Shown here: positions 49,032 to 60,347 of the stretch, in pieces
Layout of the letters: each line of letters begins with the position of its first letter
Position numbering within the stretch: position 1 is the stretch's first letter
Assembly: GCA_009859145.1 (NCBI GenBank)
Contig: VRVR01000002.1
Coordinates: 62,001-126,000 of the forward strand
Direction of reading: 5' to 3'
DNA from: Andalucia godoyi And28
Taxonomy: Eukaryota; Protista; Jakobida
DNA: 64,000 nucleotides
Made by a program: the position numbers and the translations under genes
Notes under the pieces: generated by a model
Seen by the model: only the letters and a program-made list of their open reading frames with translations
Databases searched by the model: none
Told to the model about the DNA's origin: nothing

Positions 49032-52000
49032 TTATTTTCCAGCATGCTTGATTGCGACGACGGGCCGATTCACTGGGGTAATTGGTCGTGACGGTGGCTG
49101 CGTAAGAAATGTGTCCGTCGTCATGACCACGTTCGGAACATAGTCGATCGTCAGCATAGGGGACTGCATTTGAATTGGGGACATCGAAGACATTGACATT
49201 GCTTTGGGAGGGCTTTCAAACGATGAACCGGATACGTCCGCGGCCGCTTTTCGAACGATTTCGACTGCGATTCCTGCGGATGAACGCCGGCCGGGGGATG
49301 GCAGCGGTTTCGACTGTCTTGGAGATGGAGAATCGCGGTTTTGAAGGATCTTTGCGAATGATCTTTGAAGTTTTTCTTCTTGAACTCGCTGGATTCCGGA
49401 TAATGCGCTTGATCGTCGGGCCTCTCGTTCCCGAGTCATCACTTCTTCGATCCGAGTGAGTGGCGTGAACTTCCCATTGACGTGCTGTGGTGCTGCAGTT
49501 GCTTGCAACTGGCTCTGTTGAAGCTGGGCAAGTTCGTTGCGGAGATAATCTTCTTGCTGCATGCGATTTTGTGCCAGAGCAGAGATGACGCTTAGATGGG
49601 AAGACGCAGAGGACGGCCGATCTCGGACTGTCGGGGGGCTGGACGCAGCACCAAGAGAGTTGCGGCTTGCAGATTGCGGGCGATCCTTGTTGCCGACTGA
49701 CGGCGAGCTTCGAAAGGAGTCCCCTCGTCCGCTGGCTGTGGATGGTCGCGTCGAGTTTGGCGTCGAGTACGCTTCAAAACTCTGCCGCGCAGACCGCCGA
49801 AATTCCGCATCATCCTCGTCGGCCCAGCTGCCAATCACGGCTTCACGCTTGTTGCTGCCCGTGGCCTGGTACGGGAACGTCGCATCGTCCACAGAAAAGG
49901 GCCCATCTCTTGGTGTATTGTCTTTCGATCGTCGTGTGGACTGACTTCCCGCAGGAATGATCAGGCCGGGCCGGAATTCGTCGAGTGCAATCGGCGTCAT
50001 CATTCCGGGATACATATTTTCAGTGCTGATGTTGATCGTGTGTCCGAGATTCTGTTTTTGGAATTGAAGCATCCGTTCGAGAGACGAGCGCACGGCGCGA
50101 TAGTACGGGGAGGTTTCGTCAGCGTGTGCAAGACGTTCGAGAAGCTCAAATCCCCGGTGTTGCTGAATCAGATACAGTTCTTCTGAACTCAACGACACAA
50201 GCATGTCGACGTCGTAGCCTTGACTCCGCAGATCATCAATCAATGCTTCTTTGGAAATGTTGGTGCCCTTCCCAGACGACGGGCGGCTAGCAGGTCCGTG
50301 GGGGTTTTTTGCAGACGACGGCCGGATGCTGCTCGCGCTACAATGGGACTCCAGGGACAGCGAGCTTTCGCGGTGTGTCAGCATCAATGCTCCCGATTGT
50401 TCAACTTCTTCCTCGACCCAATCAAGATACGAATCCATGATTTCTGCTGGGAATCCCGCTTCTCCCGTAAAATCCATCCCAAGAGACGATCTGCTTGATA
50501 GGATCGTTTCTTCAAACGCAACCATCTGAGCTTCCTTGGACCCTTCGGCAACAGCACGGGCAATCTTCTCCGGCACCGGTCCGCGTGAGAATTGTCGCCA
50601 CATTGCGAGCTTGAAATTCAAGCTGTTCCACGCAGTCTGGGAGCCAACACTCGTAGAAAACAAGGGCGGCATGGGCGGCAACAGCCCATCGGGCAGCTCA
50701 ACGGATTCAGTCTGCAGCTTGACCGACTTCGAGTCAACTAGGCTGGTCGGGTCCGTCTGCGAAAGCTTGTGTGCCACTGAAATGGGAACCTTCACAACAA
50801 TCGTGCTTCTCGATTCTGCTTCGGGACTTCGCAGATTCTGGCCGGAGTTCCGTCGAGACACGTCTTTGGACGCCTGCAGCAATGAAGTGCTGCTTTTGCG
50901 AGACAAGGGAGAACTGCCACTGGAACTGACGGCAGGAATATTGACAATCTCTGCTTTCTTCTGCTGCTCCTTTTCACTCGGGACGGGTGACATGCGCCGG
51001 GCATTCTTCACTTTCTTGGCAAGCTTTTCGAGCGTGGTTGGGGATTCTCTGGACGGGCTCGGGGTGGATACCGTGGCAGAGCGTGCACGACCAGCCGGTT
51101 TCTTGTGAGCGGTTCTTGGACGCACAGAGTCTCCTCCTCCAAGATCAGTTCGGGTTGCCGAGCTATGAGGAGAAGTCGTTTCCGACACAATCGAAGACTC
51201 CGTATCCACAGACAAGTGCTTCTTGTGCGATGAAGATCGCATCCCTTTCTTGCCGGCACTGGCTGCCGCTGGCGAATACGACGAGCCCAAATCGTCGTCC
51301 GAAGACTGTGACATGCGGCTGTGCGATCTCTGAGACACATCAAGAGTCTGGATGATGGAGAGGTCATGTACATGCAGATTGCTGGAGGACAATCCGCGTC
51401 TCAGCATTGAATCCTGCTCGTCACGCATTCGCTTTCGTTCCTCCTCCAGTTTCAGCTTCTCCTCTTCTATCGCCATCATTTCTCGCTGGAACAGGTACTG
51501 GATATCGAATTTTTCCATTTGCGAGGAATTTTTCACATAGTCCAGATCCATCATGCTTGTCTTGATATCTCGCATGACGTCTTCTACCTCATCTTTTTCC
51601 TCAATCGCCTTGGCAAGCTGCGCCCGCAACGATCGAATTTCGTCATCCTGCATGTTAATTCGATGTTTCAGATCTTCCTCAGATAAGGAGCTGAGCGTCT
51701 GCGCCAGCTTTTCTTCTGCATACGCAAGTTGTTTTCTAGTCAATTCGAGCTTTTCTGACAGCGTCTGGTTGTCCTGATCCTTGTTCGTCGTTGCGCTCTC
51801 CAATTCCATCTGTACGCGCGTGAGGCGGAACTCGTACTTCTCCACGACCTTTCGCAAGACTTCCGAGGAAACCATGTCCTTCTTCGTGTTCTCCGTCACT
51901 TCGTGGTCAAGAATCGTCTTTTCGAATTCGGTTTGCCAGTTCAGCAGCGAGATAATGTCTTGATGCAGGTCGGCGGAACTGTGCGCAAACTCTGTCGCAT

Positions 52001-52604
52001 ATTCAATTCGTTTGGTCAATCGAGCTCTCAACGCAACCAGTTCCTTGTACAGCGATTCTCTCAATCGATCAATCGTCTTTCCACGAGCCTCCAATTTTTT
52101 CTCGAGCGATGTAACCGACTTGCGTAGAATCGAAGTGTCCTTGTGCAGCATCAGGCATGTTTTCTGCAAGAATGCAAAGTGTTCCTCGCTCTTTTGCAGC
52201 TTTGTTATGGACTGACGCATGTCTTCGCTCATTTCAACTGCAGAGAGGTTCGTATACAGTCCTTGTGTGAATGAATCTATGATAGGATTGATAATTCCGA
52301 GCAGATGGTCAATGTGCTCATTGACATTCGATTGTGAATGGTCCTTCAGTCTCGACATCCCAATGTCTTGTTCATCATTGAACTTGCGAATGTCTTCCAG
52401 CATGTCTTGAAAGTTCTCCTTGTCGCCAGGATCTACAATCGTGCCTCCAATCAACTTGTAGACAATTCCTCGGAGTGCACTGCGGAGCCTGTCGTCCAGA
52501 ACCAACGGGAGCATATGCAGTGGCACCACGATCCCAGATGCCAGAATAATTCCGGGCTGCATTCCAACAGTTGTTGAAAGCATCGAAACCGGTGAACTCG
52601 ACAT
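49032..52604 (-). CDS. Large coiled-coil plus Ser/Pro/Arg-rich protein of unknown function; a 5' exon is possible
   Basis: ~1190-codon open frame, heptad-rich N-terminal half, disordered C-terminal half. Confidence 0.7.
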   Translation of the reverse strand: MSSSPVSMLSTTVGMQPGIILASGIVVPLHMLPLVLDDRLRSALRGIVYKLIGGTIVDPGDKENFQDMLEDIRKFNDEQDIGMSRLKDHSQSNVNEHIDHLLGIINPIIDSFTQGLYTNLSAVEMSEDMRQSITKLQKSEEHFAFLQKTCLMLHKDTSILRKSVTSLEKKLEARGKTIDRLRESLYKELVALRARLTKRIEYATEFAHSSADLHQDIISLLNWQTEFEKTILDHEVTENTKKDMVSSEVLRKVVEKYEFRLTRVQMELESATTNKDQDNQTLSEKLELTRKQLAYAEEKLAQTLSSLSEEDLKHRINMQDDEIRSLRAQLAKAIEEKDEVEDVMRDIKTSMMDLDYVKNSSQMEKFDIQYLFQREMMAIEEEKLKLEEERKRMRDEQDSMLRRGLSSSNLHVHDLSIIQTLDVSQRSHSRMSQSSDDDLGSSYSPAAASAGKKGMRSSSHKKHLSVDTESSIVSETTSPHSSATRTDLGGGDSVRPRTAHKKPAGRARSATVSTPSPSRESPTTLEKLAKKVKNARRMSPVPSEKEQQKKAEIVNIPAVSSSGSSPLSRKSSTSLLQASKDVSRRNSGQNLRSPEAESRSTIVVKVPISVAHKLSQTDPTSLVDSKSVKLQTESVELPDGLLPPMPPLFSTSVGSQTAWNSLNFKLAMWRQFSRGPVPEKIARAVAEGSKEAQMVAFEETILSSRSSLGMDFTGEAGFPAEIMDSYLDWVEEEVEQSGALMLTHRESSLSLESHCSASSIRPSSAKNPHGPASRPSSGKGTNISKEALIDDLRSQGYDVDMLVSLSSEELYLIQQHRGFELLERLAHADETSPYYRAVRSSLERMLQFQKQNLGHTINISTENMYPGMMTPIALDEFRPGLIIPAGSQSTRRSKDNTPRDGPFSVDDATFPYQATGSNKREAVIGSWADEDDAEFRRSARQSFEAYSTPNSTRPSTASGRGDSFRSSPSVGNKDRPQSASRNSLGAASSPPTVRDRPSSASSHLSVISALAQNRMQQEDYLRNELAQLQQSQLQATAAPQHVNGKFTPLTRIEEVMTREREARRSSALSGIQRVQEEKLQRSFAKILQNRDSPSPRQSKPLPSPGRRSSAGIAVEIVRKAAADVSGSSFESPPKAMSMSSMSPIQMQSPMLTIDYVPNVVMTTDTFLTQPPSRPITPVNRPVVAIKHAGK

Positions 52605-53203
52605 CTCGACGAGAAGGAGAGACGGGAAAATGGTTTCCTTCCAGCAACAGAAAAAGAAGACGGAGAGAAATAAAGGAAAGGGAGAGAAATACAAAACACT
52701 GATTGGAAGAAACAGCCAATACGAAAAATGCAGAATCCAATATAGAGGTTAGAATTCCACAATATGCAGCACACAGTATTTTTATATTGTCAGTAGGACG
52801 TGCCAAATAGTGTTGCTTTCTTCTTCTTTGGGGGGAGGGGGGAGGGGAAGAGGCTGGTGAGCAAAAAATCATTAACGACCCGTTTTTCGGTGGACCTTGC
52901 AAACGAATGAGAATCTCTCTTTTGTCGCCTGATAAGCCAGAAGACAGATCCTCAAAAGAGGCGTTGTGGACGAACAGAGAACAGCTCTGACAGGATTTCT
53001 GTCTGACAGTTCGTTCTGCTCGCATGCATCAAACAACAGGAAAAAAGAAGGGAAGTCCCGATCTGCGTACTGCGCAACAACTGCCAAACAAGCGACGGCC
53101 AGTAGCACTGGGGCGACGACGACGATGACAATTTACAGGAAAGGGACGGAATGTGATTATTTGTTGGTTGGTTGATTGGTTGGTGTTATTTATTGAGTGA
53201 ACG

Positions 53204-55140
53204 TCAAGAAGCACGAAGGGATATCGAGTCTGCGCTTCGGCTCAGAGACAGTCTTCTGTGATTTGGCAGTTGCAACTGGGAGGCCGACTTGTTTCTCGCC
53301 TGCCTCTTAATCTCTGCCGAACTGAGAGAATCAACTCCGCTGCTGCTTGCATTGTCGAAAGAAATGTCCTTGATGAACCGGAGTTTTTGATACATTGGCA
53401 AAAACCGCGAATCGTGCGCACTGAAAACAGTGTTTTCATGGAACGCATTGAGAAGCGACTCTCGCTGTTCGCCTGGCTGGACAGAGTCTGCCAGCAAGAT
53501 GATCGCAACGAGCTGTCGAAGCCCGATCAGCGGGTGCGTCTCTTCGTTCCAGATGTGAATGGCAGATGCCAGCGCAACGTGCAGAGCCTTTTGTACATCC
53601 TTTTTCGTGATGCTGCCACTGCAGCCGTTGAAGCCGTTGCTGTCAGTGTTGTTTTTCTTCTTCTTCTTCGAGTCGAAGGCGAGGTTGCAAGCATGTAGCC
53701 ACGCAACCACATTATGCAGCATCACAGTATTGTAGAATCGAACGAGACGGTGAATGATCCACGGAGTGTGAAATAAGTGCATCGTCGACATTGCGATCTC
53801 AAACATCTTCCAAAACGAATGATGATGAGCAGATGAGAGCCGTGAGCTGGCATTGATGTGGTCACGGCTTTTTGAGGTGTTGAGAGTAGCGAGTAAATTG
53901 GAAAACGCAGTCAGGAACGATCGATGAAGACCGACCATGTCAGTGCCGAAGTCGCACGCAATGCCCTTGGTGAGGATGCCATCGGCGACCTTCAAGAGAA
54001 GCACGTGCAGCGCGGAAACGTTAAACTGGTTTATGGAGGCGGAGATCAGATCAAGCGCTCGCACCCATCTGGATTGCACGGAAAAGGATGCCGGGGTTTG
54101 AGAGAATACGCGGGCGAGTGCCTCGATGTAACGCGGAGAACCGCTATTCGCATCGTACTCGGAAAGACCAAACGAGCTCAGCGCATCCTTCCGGGCAAAG
54201 CATCGACGCTCGGGGTTGACGAACAGCGGCTGGAAATTCTCTTCGGAACGCGCACCAAGACTGTGACCAATGAACTGGCACGGAATTTTTGCAAGTAGTG
54301 CCATTTCACGAACGGTGCTGATGCCAGTCCACGACTCATCGAGATCAGCAAACATGGACGTGAGCGTGTTGATTTGCAAGTTCACTCTCGGGTCGAAGGA
54401 CTTTGCTGCGTCATCGAGACCCTTTCTTCGGTAATAGCACAAAACAAGATGCAAGAACGGTCGACTGAGGCAGCCCAAGGGTGATCGCAACAGCCGAGAA
54501 GGGAGGTGCAAGATTTCTTCTTCCAATCCCTCTCCGACCAGAAACTTCAGGCAAGTATCGGTAAAATGGTTGCAGTTCTGTCGGAAAATGTTGTAGTTGG
54601 CAGACGAAAAGCGTTCCTTTTCAATGGCGACGAGGAATTGCGCAAACTCGAGAGGTGTCCGAGTGCATCTTCCAGCGTCAATCGATCGACACGGCGTTCC
54701 ATACGCAGTACACCCCTTTCCACAAAAAACAGCAAGAAAGAAAGAAAAAGAAAGAAAAAAAAGAGAAAAAAGAAAAAAACACGTAAGCACTCGTGCACTT
54801 AGCAGATGTTGAAGATGACAACAGACCGTGGCTGCAAAACATATATGTGAAAGAAAAAGACAAAATGAAAAAAACATACGGCTCGCTCTGCAATGACTCC
54901 TGCTCCAAAGTAGTACTCTACGGGTCCAATTTCCCCACCCCAGTCCACAACGACTCCGGTGTGCCAGATGCCCTTCATCTTCATGAGCGGCGACGAAAAC
55001 TTTTTAGCTCGTCCATTCGAGAGGTCGTACAAGTGGACGCTCACTGCCGCCGTCGTCGTCGTTGGCGAATGGAACGGATCTGCAGGTATAGGTGATGAAC
55101 ACGGTAATCGATCTTGCGAATTCATTGAGCTGCGTCGCAT
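53204..55140 (-). CDS. DESI1: PPPDE/DeSI-family isopeptidase with long C-terminal extension, complement join(53204..54715,54880..55140)
   Basis: VHLYDLSNGRA, catalytic His in GIWHTGVV, EYYFG, GCTAYGTP and catalytic Cys in YNIFRQNCNHF. The phase-0 GTATGT intron 54879-54716 joins in frame. Confidence 0.85.
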
Positions 55141-55682
55141 CGTTCTTCTCTTGTCGTTCTTCGGCGTACGTATCTAAATTACCTTTTTTTTCTCCTTCTT
55201 CTTTGTCTTCCGTTTTAAGCAGTAATTACTCATGGTTGAATCACCAAATTTCAAGAGTGAGGCGGCAGATTTCTCTTCACCCATCCCGCTCCCCTTCTCC
55301 GTTCGCATCTGGCTGCGTTTCAACGTGCGAAACAGTTGCCGTGCACTGGCTGCATCTTGCTCTTCTACAAGACTTCCAGTCCTTTCCGTTATCCTCCTCC
55401 CAGCTTCCGTAGACAGCAGCAGATTCCCAGGACCGAGCAAGCGACGGCAGGAGTCTACGACAGCTGTCAGGTGTCAACACATGAACCTGCACCACCTGCT
55501 GTAACCCCACGAACTCGCAGAACTCGAAGAAAGGGTGTGTCGTCACCGATCGAATCGTAATAAAGCTTGCTTTTTAAAAAATATGTATAATGGTCCTTTT
55601 TACGTATGTTTCGTTGACGTACTTTTGCTGGTTCCATTGATCGGTTGCTACTCGAGCTTGCTGGTAACATAGACACCAAAGG

Positions 55683-57548
55683 ATGCGGAAGACGTCTCCT
55701 GGTCCTGGGTCCGTTCGGCGCCGTTCAAAAGGCGGTGGAGAGGCCCATTTTACAAGCTCGTCGACCACAACACCCTTTTCCAACACCGGTGCTCATGGAT
55801 CTTCAACGACTGGTTTTTCTTCTTCTACTACTCCTACTTCCTCTTCTTCATTCAAAGGTGCAGTTCCCCTTCTTTCATCTCCGGTGCTCAGTTCTATGAA
55901 CTATTCCCAAAGTGGTGTTGTCGGGCAAGGCTTGATGGCGGCGGCGCCCACGGCTCGGCTGCGAAGAGACTTTGAACGATCGAAATCGTTCGATCCGTAC
56001 GATCTGGCGCATGTTGGACCGGATTTCGAGTGGGAAAAGCTTTCTTCGCGATGGCACTCGCATCACTCGTCTTCGAAACGGATCAAGAATACCGCGGACC
56101 TGTCGGAATCCGAGTCGTTGTCATCGCTGTCGTCCATGGCATCGAGTCCGACACCGGCGAATGGGGATCATTCTTCTTTTTCGGAGCTGAACAATGCAAA
56201 GCTGAGCAGCAGTGGTGAAGCCACTGTCAGCGACAACAAGCATCACAAGGGGCATTCTGTGCTGCAGCACCATACCTCAACGCTCGAGTTTGCGGATCGA
56301 GCATCGTTGCTGGATTCTGATGTCCCAGAACATTCGTTCCGTGGACTTGTGAACCTTGCCATCTTGCTGTTGGTTCTTTCGAACGCTCGGCTTGTGATTG
56401 ATAACATCCTAAAGTACGGACTGCTGGTGAACTTTTCCAACATGTTTGCATCGTTTGTGGGCGATCCGTATTCTTGGCCTTCCGTTTCTCTTTCGTTGTT
56501 CTTCCTGGTATTTATTGCGTGCGCATATGTTTTGGAGAGGAATATTTCTTCCAGACAAATCAAAGAAAGTCGGGGAAGGAAGTTTCACTTTGCAAATCTC
56601 GTGGGGACCATCGTCATTCCTATCATCGTTATTCACCTGACCAACCCGCATCCCATTGGTGGACTCGTCAACATGATGATTTCCTCGATTTTGTTTCTAA
56701 AGTTGTATTCGTACGTCATGGTGAATTCGGAGGAGCGCGAGAAGGTTTGGAAGAAGATAGATAAGAAACCTGCGGTTGATCGGTCAGTGGTTCTCTACCC
56801 CCATAATATCAATCTGAAGGATTTGACCTACTTCATGTGTGTTCCAACGTTGGTGTATGATCTGAACTATCCGCGCACCGACAAGATACGAGTGACATAC
56901 GTTGTCAAGTGCTTGCTCAAGTTCGTGCTGATCTGGGCGGTAATTATCACTCTGGTGGAGCAGTACATGGTCCCAATCGTCAGGAACTCCATGGAGCCGT
57001 TCGACATGAATGATTTTACGCGAATCACGGAACGTGTTCTGAAGCTTGCCGTGCCAAACCTGTACGTTTGGCTGCTTGGATTTTACGCCTTTTTCCATGT
57101 ATACTTGAACATGATGGCAGAGCTCTTTTGCTTTGCAGATCGGCGTTTCTATTCAGACTGGTGGAACTCCAATTCTCTCGACTACTTCTGGAGGAACTGG
57201 AATATTCCTGTGCATGTGTGGATGGTCCGCCATGTGTATCTTCCTTTGTGCAAGAACTGGGGCTGGGGCCGATTTGCGGCGTCCATGGCCATTTTTGCGA
57301 TTTCTGGATTTTTCCATGAGATCATTGTGTCTGTTCCATTTGGAATGGTGAAGCTGTGGGCCTTCTTTGGCATGATGGCACAGATCCCTCTTGCGTTTGC
57401 AACACGCTCTCTGACTCGCCATCGTCATTGGGGCAATGTTATTTTCTGGATCAGCATTTTATGCGGTCAGCCTCTCTTGATCTTGTTTTATTATCGCCAA
57501 TATTATCTGGATCATAATCGCGACGTGTTACTGAATGGCTCCATCTAG
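55683..57548 (+). CDS. DGAT1: Diacylglycerol O-acyltransferase 1 (MBOAT family)
   Basis: SFRGLVNLAILLLVLSNARLVIDNILKYG, PTLVYDLNYPRT, FADRRFYSDWWNS, WNIPVHVW and SGFFHE. Confidence 0.9.
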   Translation: MRKTSPGPGSVRRRSKGGGEAHFTSSSTTTPFSNTGAHGSSTTGFSSSTTPTSSSSFKGAVPLLSSPVLSSMNYSQSGVVGQGLMAAAPTARLRRDFERSKSFDPYDLAHVGPDFEWEKLSSRWHSHHSSSKRIKNTADLSESESLSSLSSMASSPTPANGDHSSFSELNNAKLSSSGEATVSDNKHHKGHSVLQHHTSTLEFADRASLLDSDVPEHSFRGLVNLAILLLVLSNARLVIDNILKYGLLVNFSNMFASFVGDPYSWPSVSLSLFFLVFIACAYVLERNISSRQIKESRGRKFHFANLVGTIVIPIIVIHLTNPHPIGGLVNMMISSILFLKLYSYVMVNSEEREKVWKKIDKKPAVDRSVVLYPHNINLKDLTYFMCVPTLVYDLNYPRTDKIRVTYVVKCLLKFVLIWAVIITLVEQYMVPIVRNSMEPFDMNDFTRITERVLKLAVPNLYVWLLGFYAFFHVYLNMMAELFCFADRRFYSDWWNSNSLDYFWRNWNIPVHVWMVRHVYLPLCKNWGWGRFAASMAIFAISGFFHEIIVSVPFGMVKLWAFFGMMAQIPLAFATRSLTRHRHWGNVIFWISILCGQPLLILFYYRQYYLDHNRDVLLNGSI

Positions 57549-57602
57549 TTTGTAAATGCCCCACAACGGATTCTTCCTCCCTCTTCTTGCCTTGTCGATT
57601 CC

Positions 57603-59738
57603 TCAAGCGGACTGGGATACTGGAGTTCGGACAATAGACAGCTTCATTCTCTTCGTCGGCGGAGCCTGAGGAACTGCTGCTGGCTGCTTCACGGGAGTGG
57701 AGGAAATCAGCGATTTCTCGTCTTCGATGATTGGCGTCTGCGAAATGGCGAGAAGCTCAAAGGCATTTCTGTTGGAGACGGGGTGCTGTAAAACTACCTC
57801 TCCAGCTGATCGCGGAATGTCTGCCTCGGGTCCCTGGAACAATGGTCTCCGCAGTCTTTTCCCTTTTTCGTTCGAGGCGGGAAGCGGAGGAAGCACCGGC
57901 GCCTTCAGTTTCTCTCGCCGTATGTCATCTTCACCTTCGCTTGCCGTCGAATCGTCGTCATCGTCCAGAACTCGCTTTCGAAGGTTCTCGTGCGACCGGT
58001 TGCGCATGACCATGGGATCCAGGGAGGAAATGGTCCCCATAGAAGCGATAGGCTCAGAATCAGTAGGTGCATCCAGACGCTTTGGATCCGCAAACTCCTT
58101 TCCCAGTATGTTGCTAAAGTCTCTACAAGACGTGTCGTTCGGGAGGCTGCTCTCGAAGGCACGGAGACTATGCTCGTTCTTGACCACGTTTCTGGCCTTT
58201 CGTCTTCCAAACGCCTCCACTAGCCCGTTAGCTTCCATTCGGTCTAAAATATTGATTGCCATGTCTTCCGTTGTGCCCACTAGCTTCGCCAGTCGGTACG
58301 GAGTAACAGCGAGATGGTTCTTTCTTGGATCGCACAATTCGACCACACACTCACGATAGAGCGCTTCTTCGAATGGAGGCCAAGTGCGTTCTTGCGGGGC
58401 CGCAGTGGCAACTAGCCGTTCGGTGGGACCGTCGATCTGACTCGGTGTCTCTTTCGCACGCGCGACAGGCGTGCTGAGACCGGTTGCATGGATTTTCTTT
58501 TTCCGTCCTTCATCTTGATTGGTTTGCTTGCGAGGATGGTTGGCTGCGGTCGCTGGGGAGCCTAGTGTGGCTTCCTGCGGAGGAGGGCTCTGTGCTGCGA
58601 GGGTCTTTTCGGCTCCGTCGGATCGGTGCACAGAAGAAAGTGATGGGGAAGCAATTTCTTCAAACTCGATTTCGTTTTCCACGAAGGCTACGTTCGGCCC
58701 GTCAACGTTCGTTTCCCCGTCGCTGATCAACAGGGTGTCCACGGACGCTCGCATCTTGACCGTCATTTCATGATATTTTGTTGACATGCTTCCAACAGTC
58801 ATCCCCATGCTCTTCGCATTCCAATTTAAGATCTCATCTAGAATTCGTGGTCACAGCGTGATTAGCGTTTGTGCGGTGCGTATGCAGGGAGAATCTGAAA
58901 GAAGTGAGGAAACAGCGGAGCAACATACTGTGGTTTGCCTTGCGGAAGCATTCGGGCTCGTAGTCTTCCGGTGTGTTTTCGTGATAGAGGAGCTTCATCG
59001 TTAGACATCGATTTGCTACAGTACAACATCGTGCAAGATATGGGTTAGATTGTCGCTGCTGCACATGGAAAGACCATTGTATATAGACAACATACCAGGA
59101 AGAGTGGCCATTGTTTGTGACAGCATCAGAATTGTTCGCACCATCCCAGAACTTGCTTGCCGGACTTGTTTTTTGACAGCCTGATACTGCTGTGAGGATT
59201 CTTCGACGGACACGTCGACATTCACCCCGTCCTCTCCATAAGCGTACGAAAAGGCGTACGATTCGAGGAGTTTGGCATGCGCCATTGACTCTCCTGCGAC
59301 TTCCTTGTTTTCGTAAATCGAGAATACCATCGTTTTCAAGTACTTCTTCGTCATTGCGTCGACGACACCGAGCTCGAACCATCGAAGCACGGATCTTGCT
59401 TCGGGTGTGCCGGCAACGAGTTGCTTCGTTTGGATGTCTGTTTCTGCCGTGAGTAAAAGGAAAATTTGTGTCTAAACGAAGATGCAGAAGAAGATGCAGA
59501 AGAAGATGCAGAAGAAGATGCAGAAGAAGGAGAAGAAGAAGGAGAAAGAACCCAGACTCGCTGAATTTGCTAGCTACGTACCTCCTATGCGAACATCCTT
59601 GAAGCAGTTCTCAGGAAAAATGTTGCGCATGTATGCAATGGTTGAAATCAAAGCCCTTGAAACATTTCGCGTAAACACCAGCGACCGTTGCGGATTGAAC
59701 ACTTCTTGCTTTTCCTGTTTTGCCACTGCAACTGACAT
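57603..59738 (-). CDS. HOP1: Meiotic HORMA-domain protein HOP1/HORMAD, exons 59738-59582, 59437-59096, 59015-58929, 58837-57603
   Basis: ISTIAYMRNIFPENCF, GVVDAMTKKYLK, LLESYAFSY, LTMKLLY, TPEDYEPECF and VGSMSTKYH. All four exons splice in phase 1. C-terminal closure-motif-like KRMKLSIVRTPV. Confidence 0.88.
59478..59525. repeat. Four tandem copies of GAAGATGCAGAA in HOP1 intron 1; (AAGAGG)5 at 59761-59790 upstream of the ATG
   Basis: Directly visible. Confidence 0.9.
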
Positions 59739-60347
59739 ATTTTTGATACGAAATAAAAATAAGAGGAAGAGGAAGAGGAAGAGGAAGAGGAAGAGCATGC
59801 AGAGAAAAAAGAAAGAAAAAAAAGAAAAAAAACACGAAGGAGAGCAAGAGGAAAACGGAAGAAAACAGTCTGGCGGGAACGTGCGCATGGATTGGTCGGA
59901 GACACGAGTTTTCGCGCGGAATGACAAGAAAAAAAAGAGGAATGCCGATCAACTTGAGCTCAAATGTGATTCTTTCGACTCGGTGACCATGATTTGAATT
60001 TTTTTCGTTATCTTTCCTCTTCTTTCACTTTTGTGGACCTCACATGACGACTCACAAGTCTCGTTCACCATACAGCACACGAATCTCTGGAATTCAAGAA
60101 GGACTGAAGTTCTTGATTTTCCTCTTTTCCACCCTTTGCTTCTTCTCGCTGATTCATTCCTATTTCATTACAAAACGGTGACTCTGATTCCTTTTCCCAC
60201 AAAAGGTTCCGCTTATCCCTGTTCTTATTCCTTATTATTTGAATCATTACATTGCTCTTCTTTCTTCTTCTTTTTTCCTGTTCTCGTTTTTAATCTGTCA
60301 TTGTTTTTTGTTTTTTATTGTTGCTGTTGCATTGTGAAAGGTGCAGA

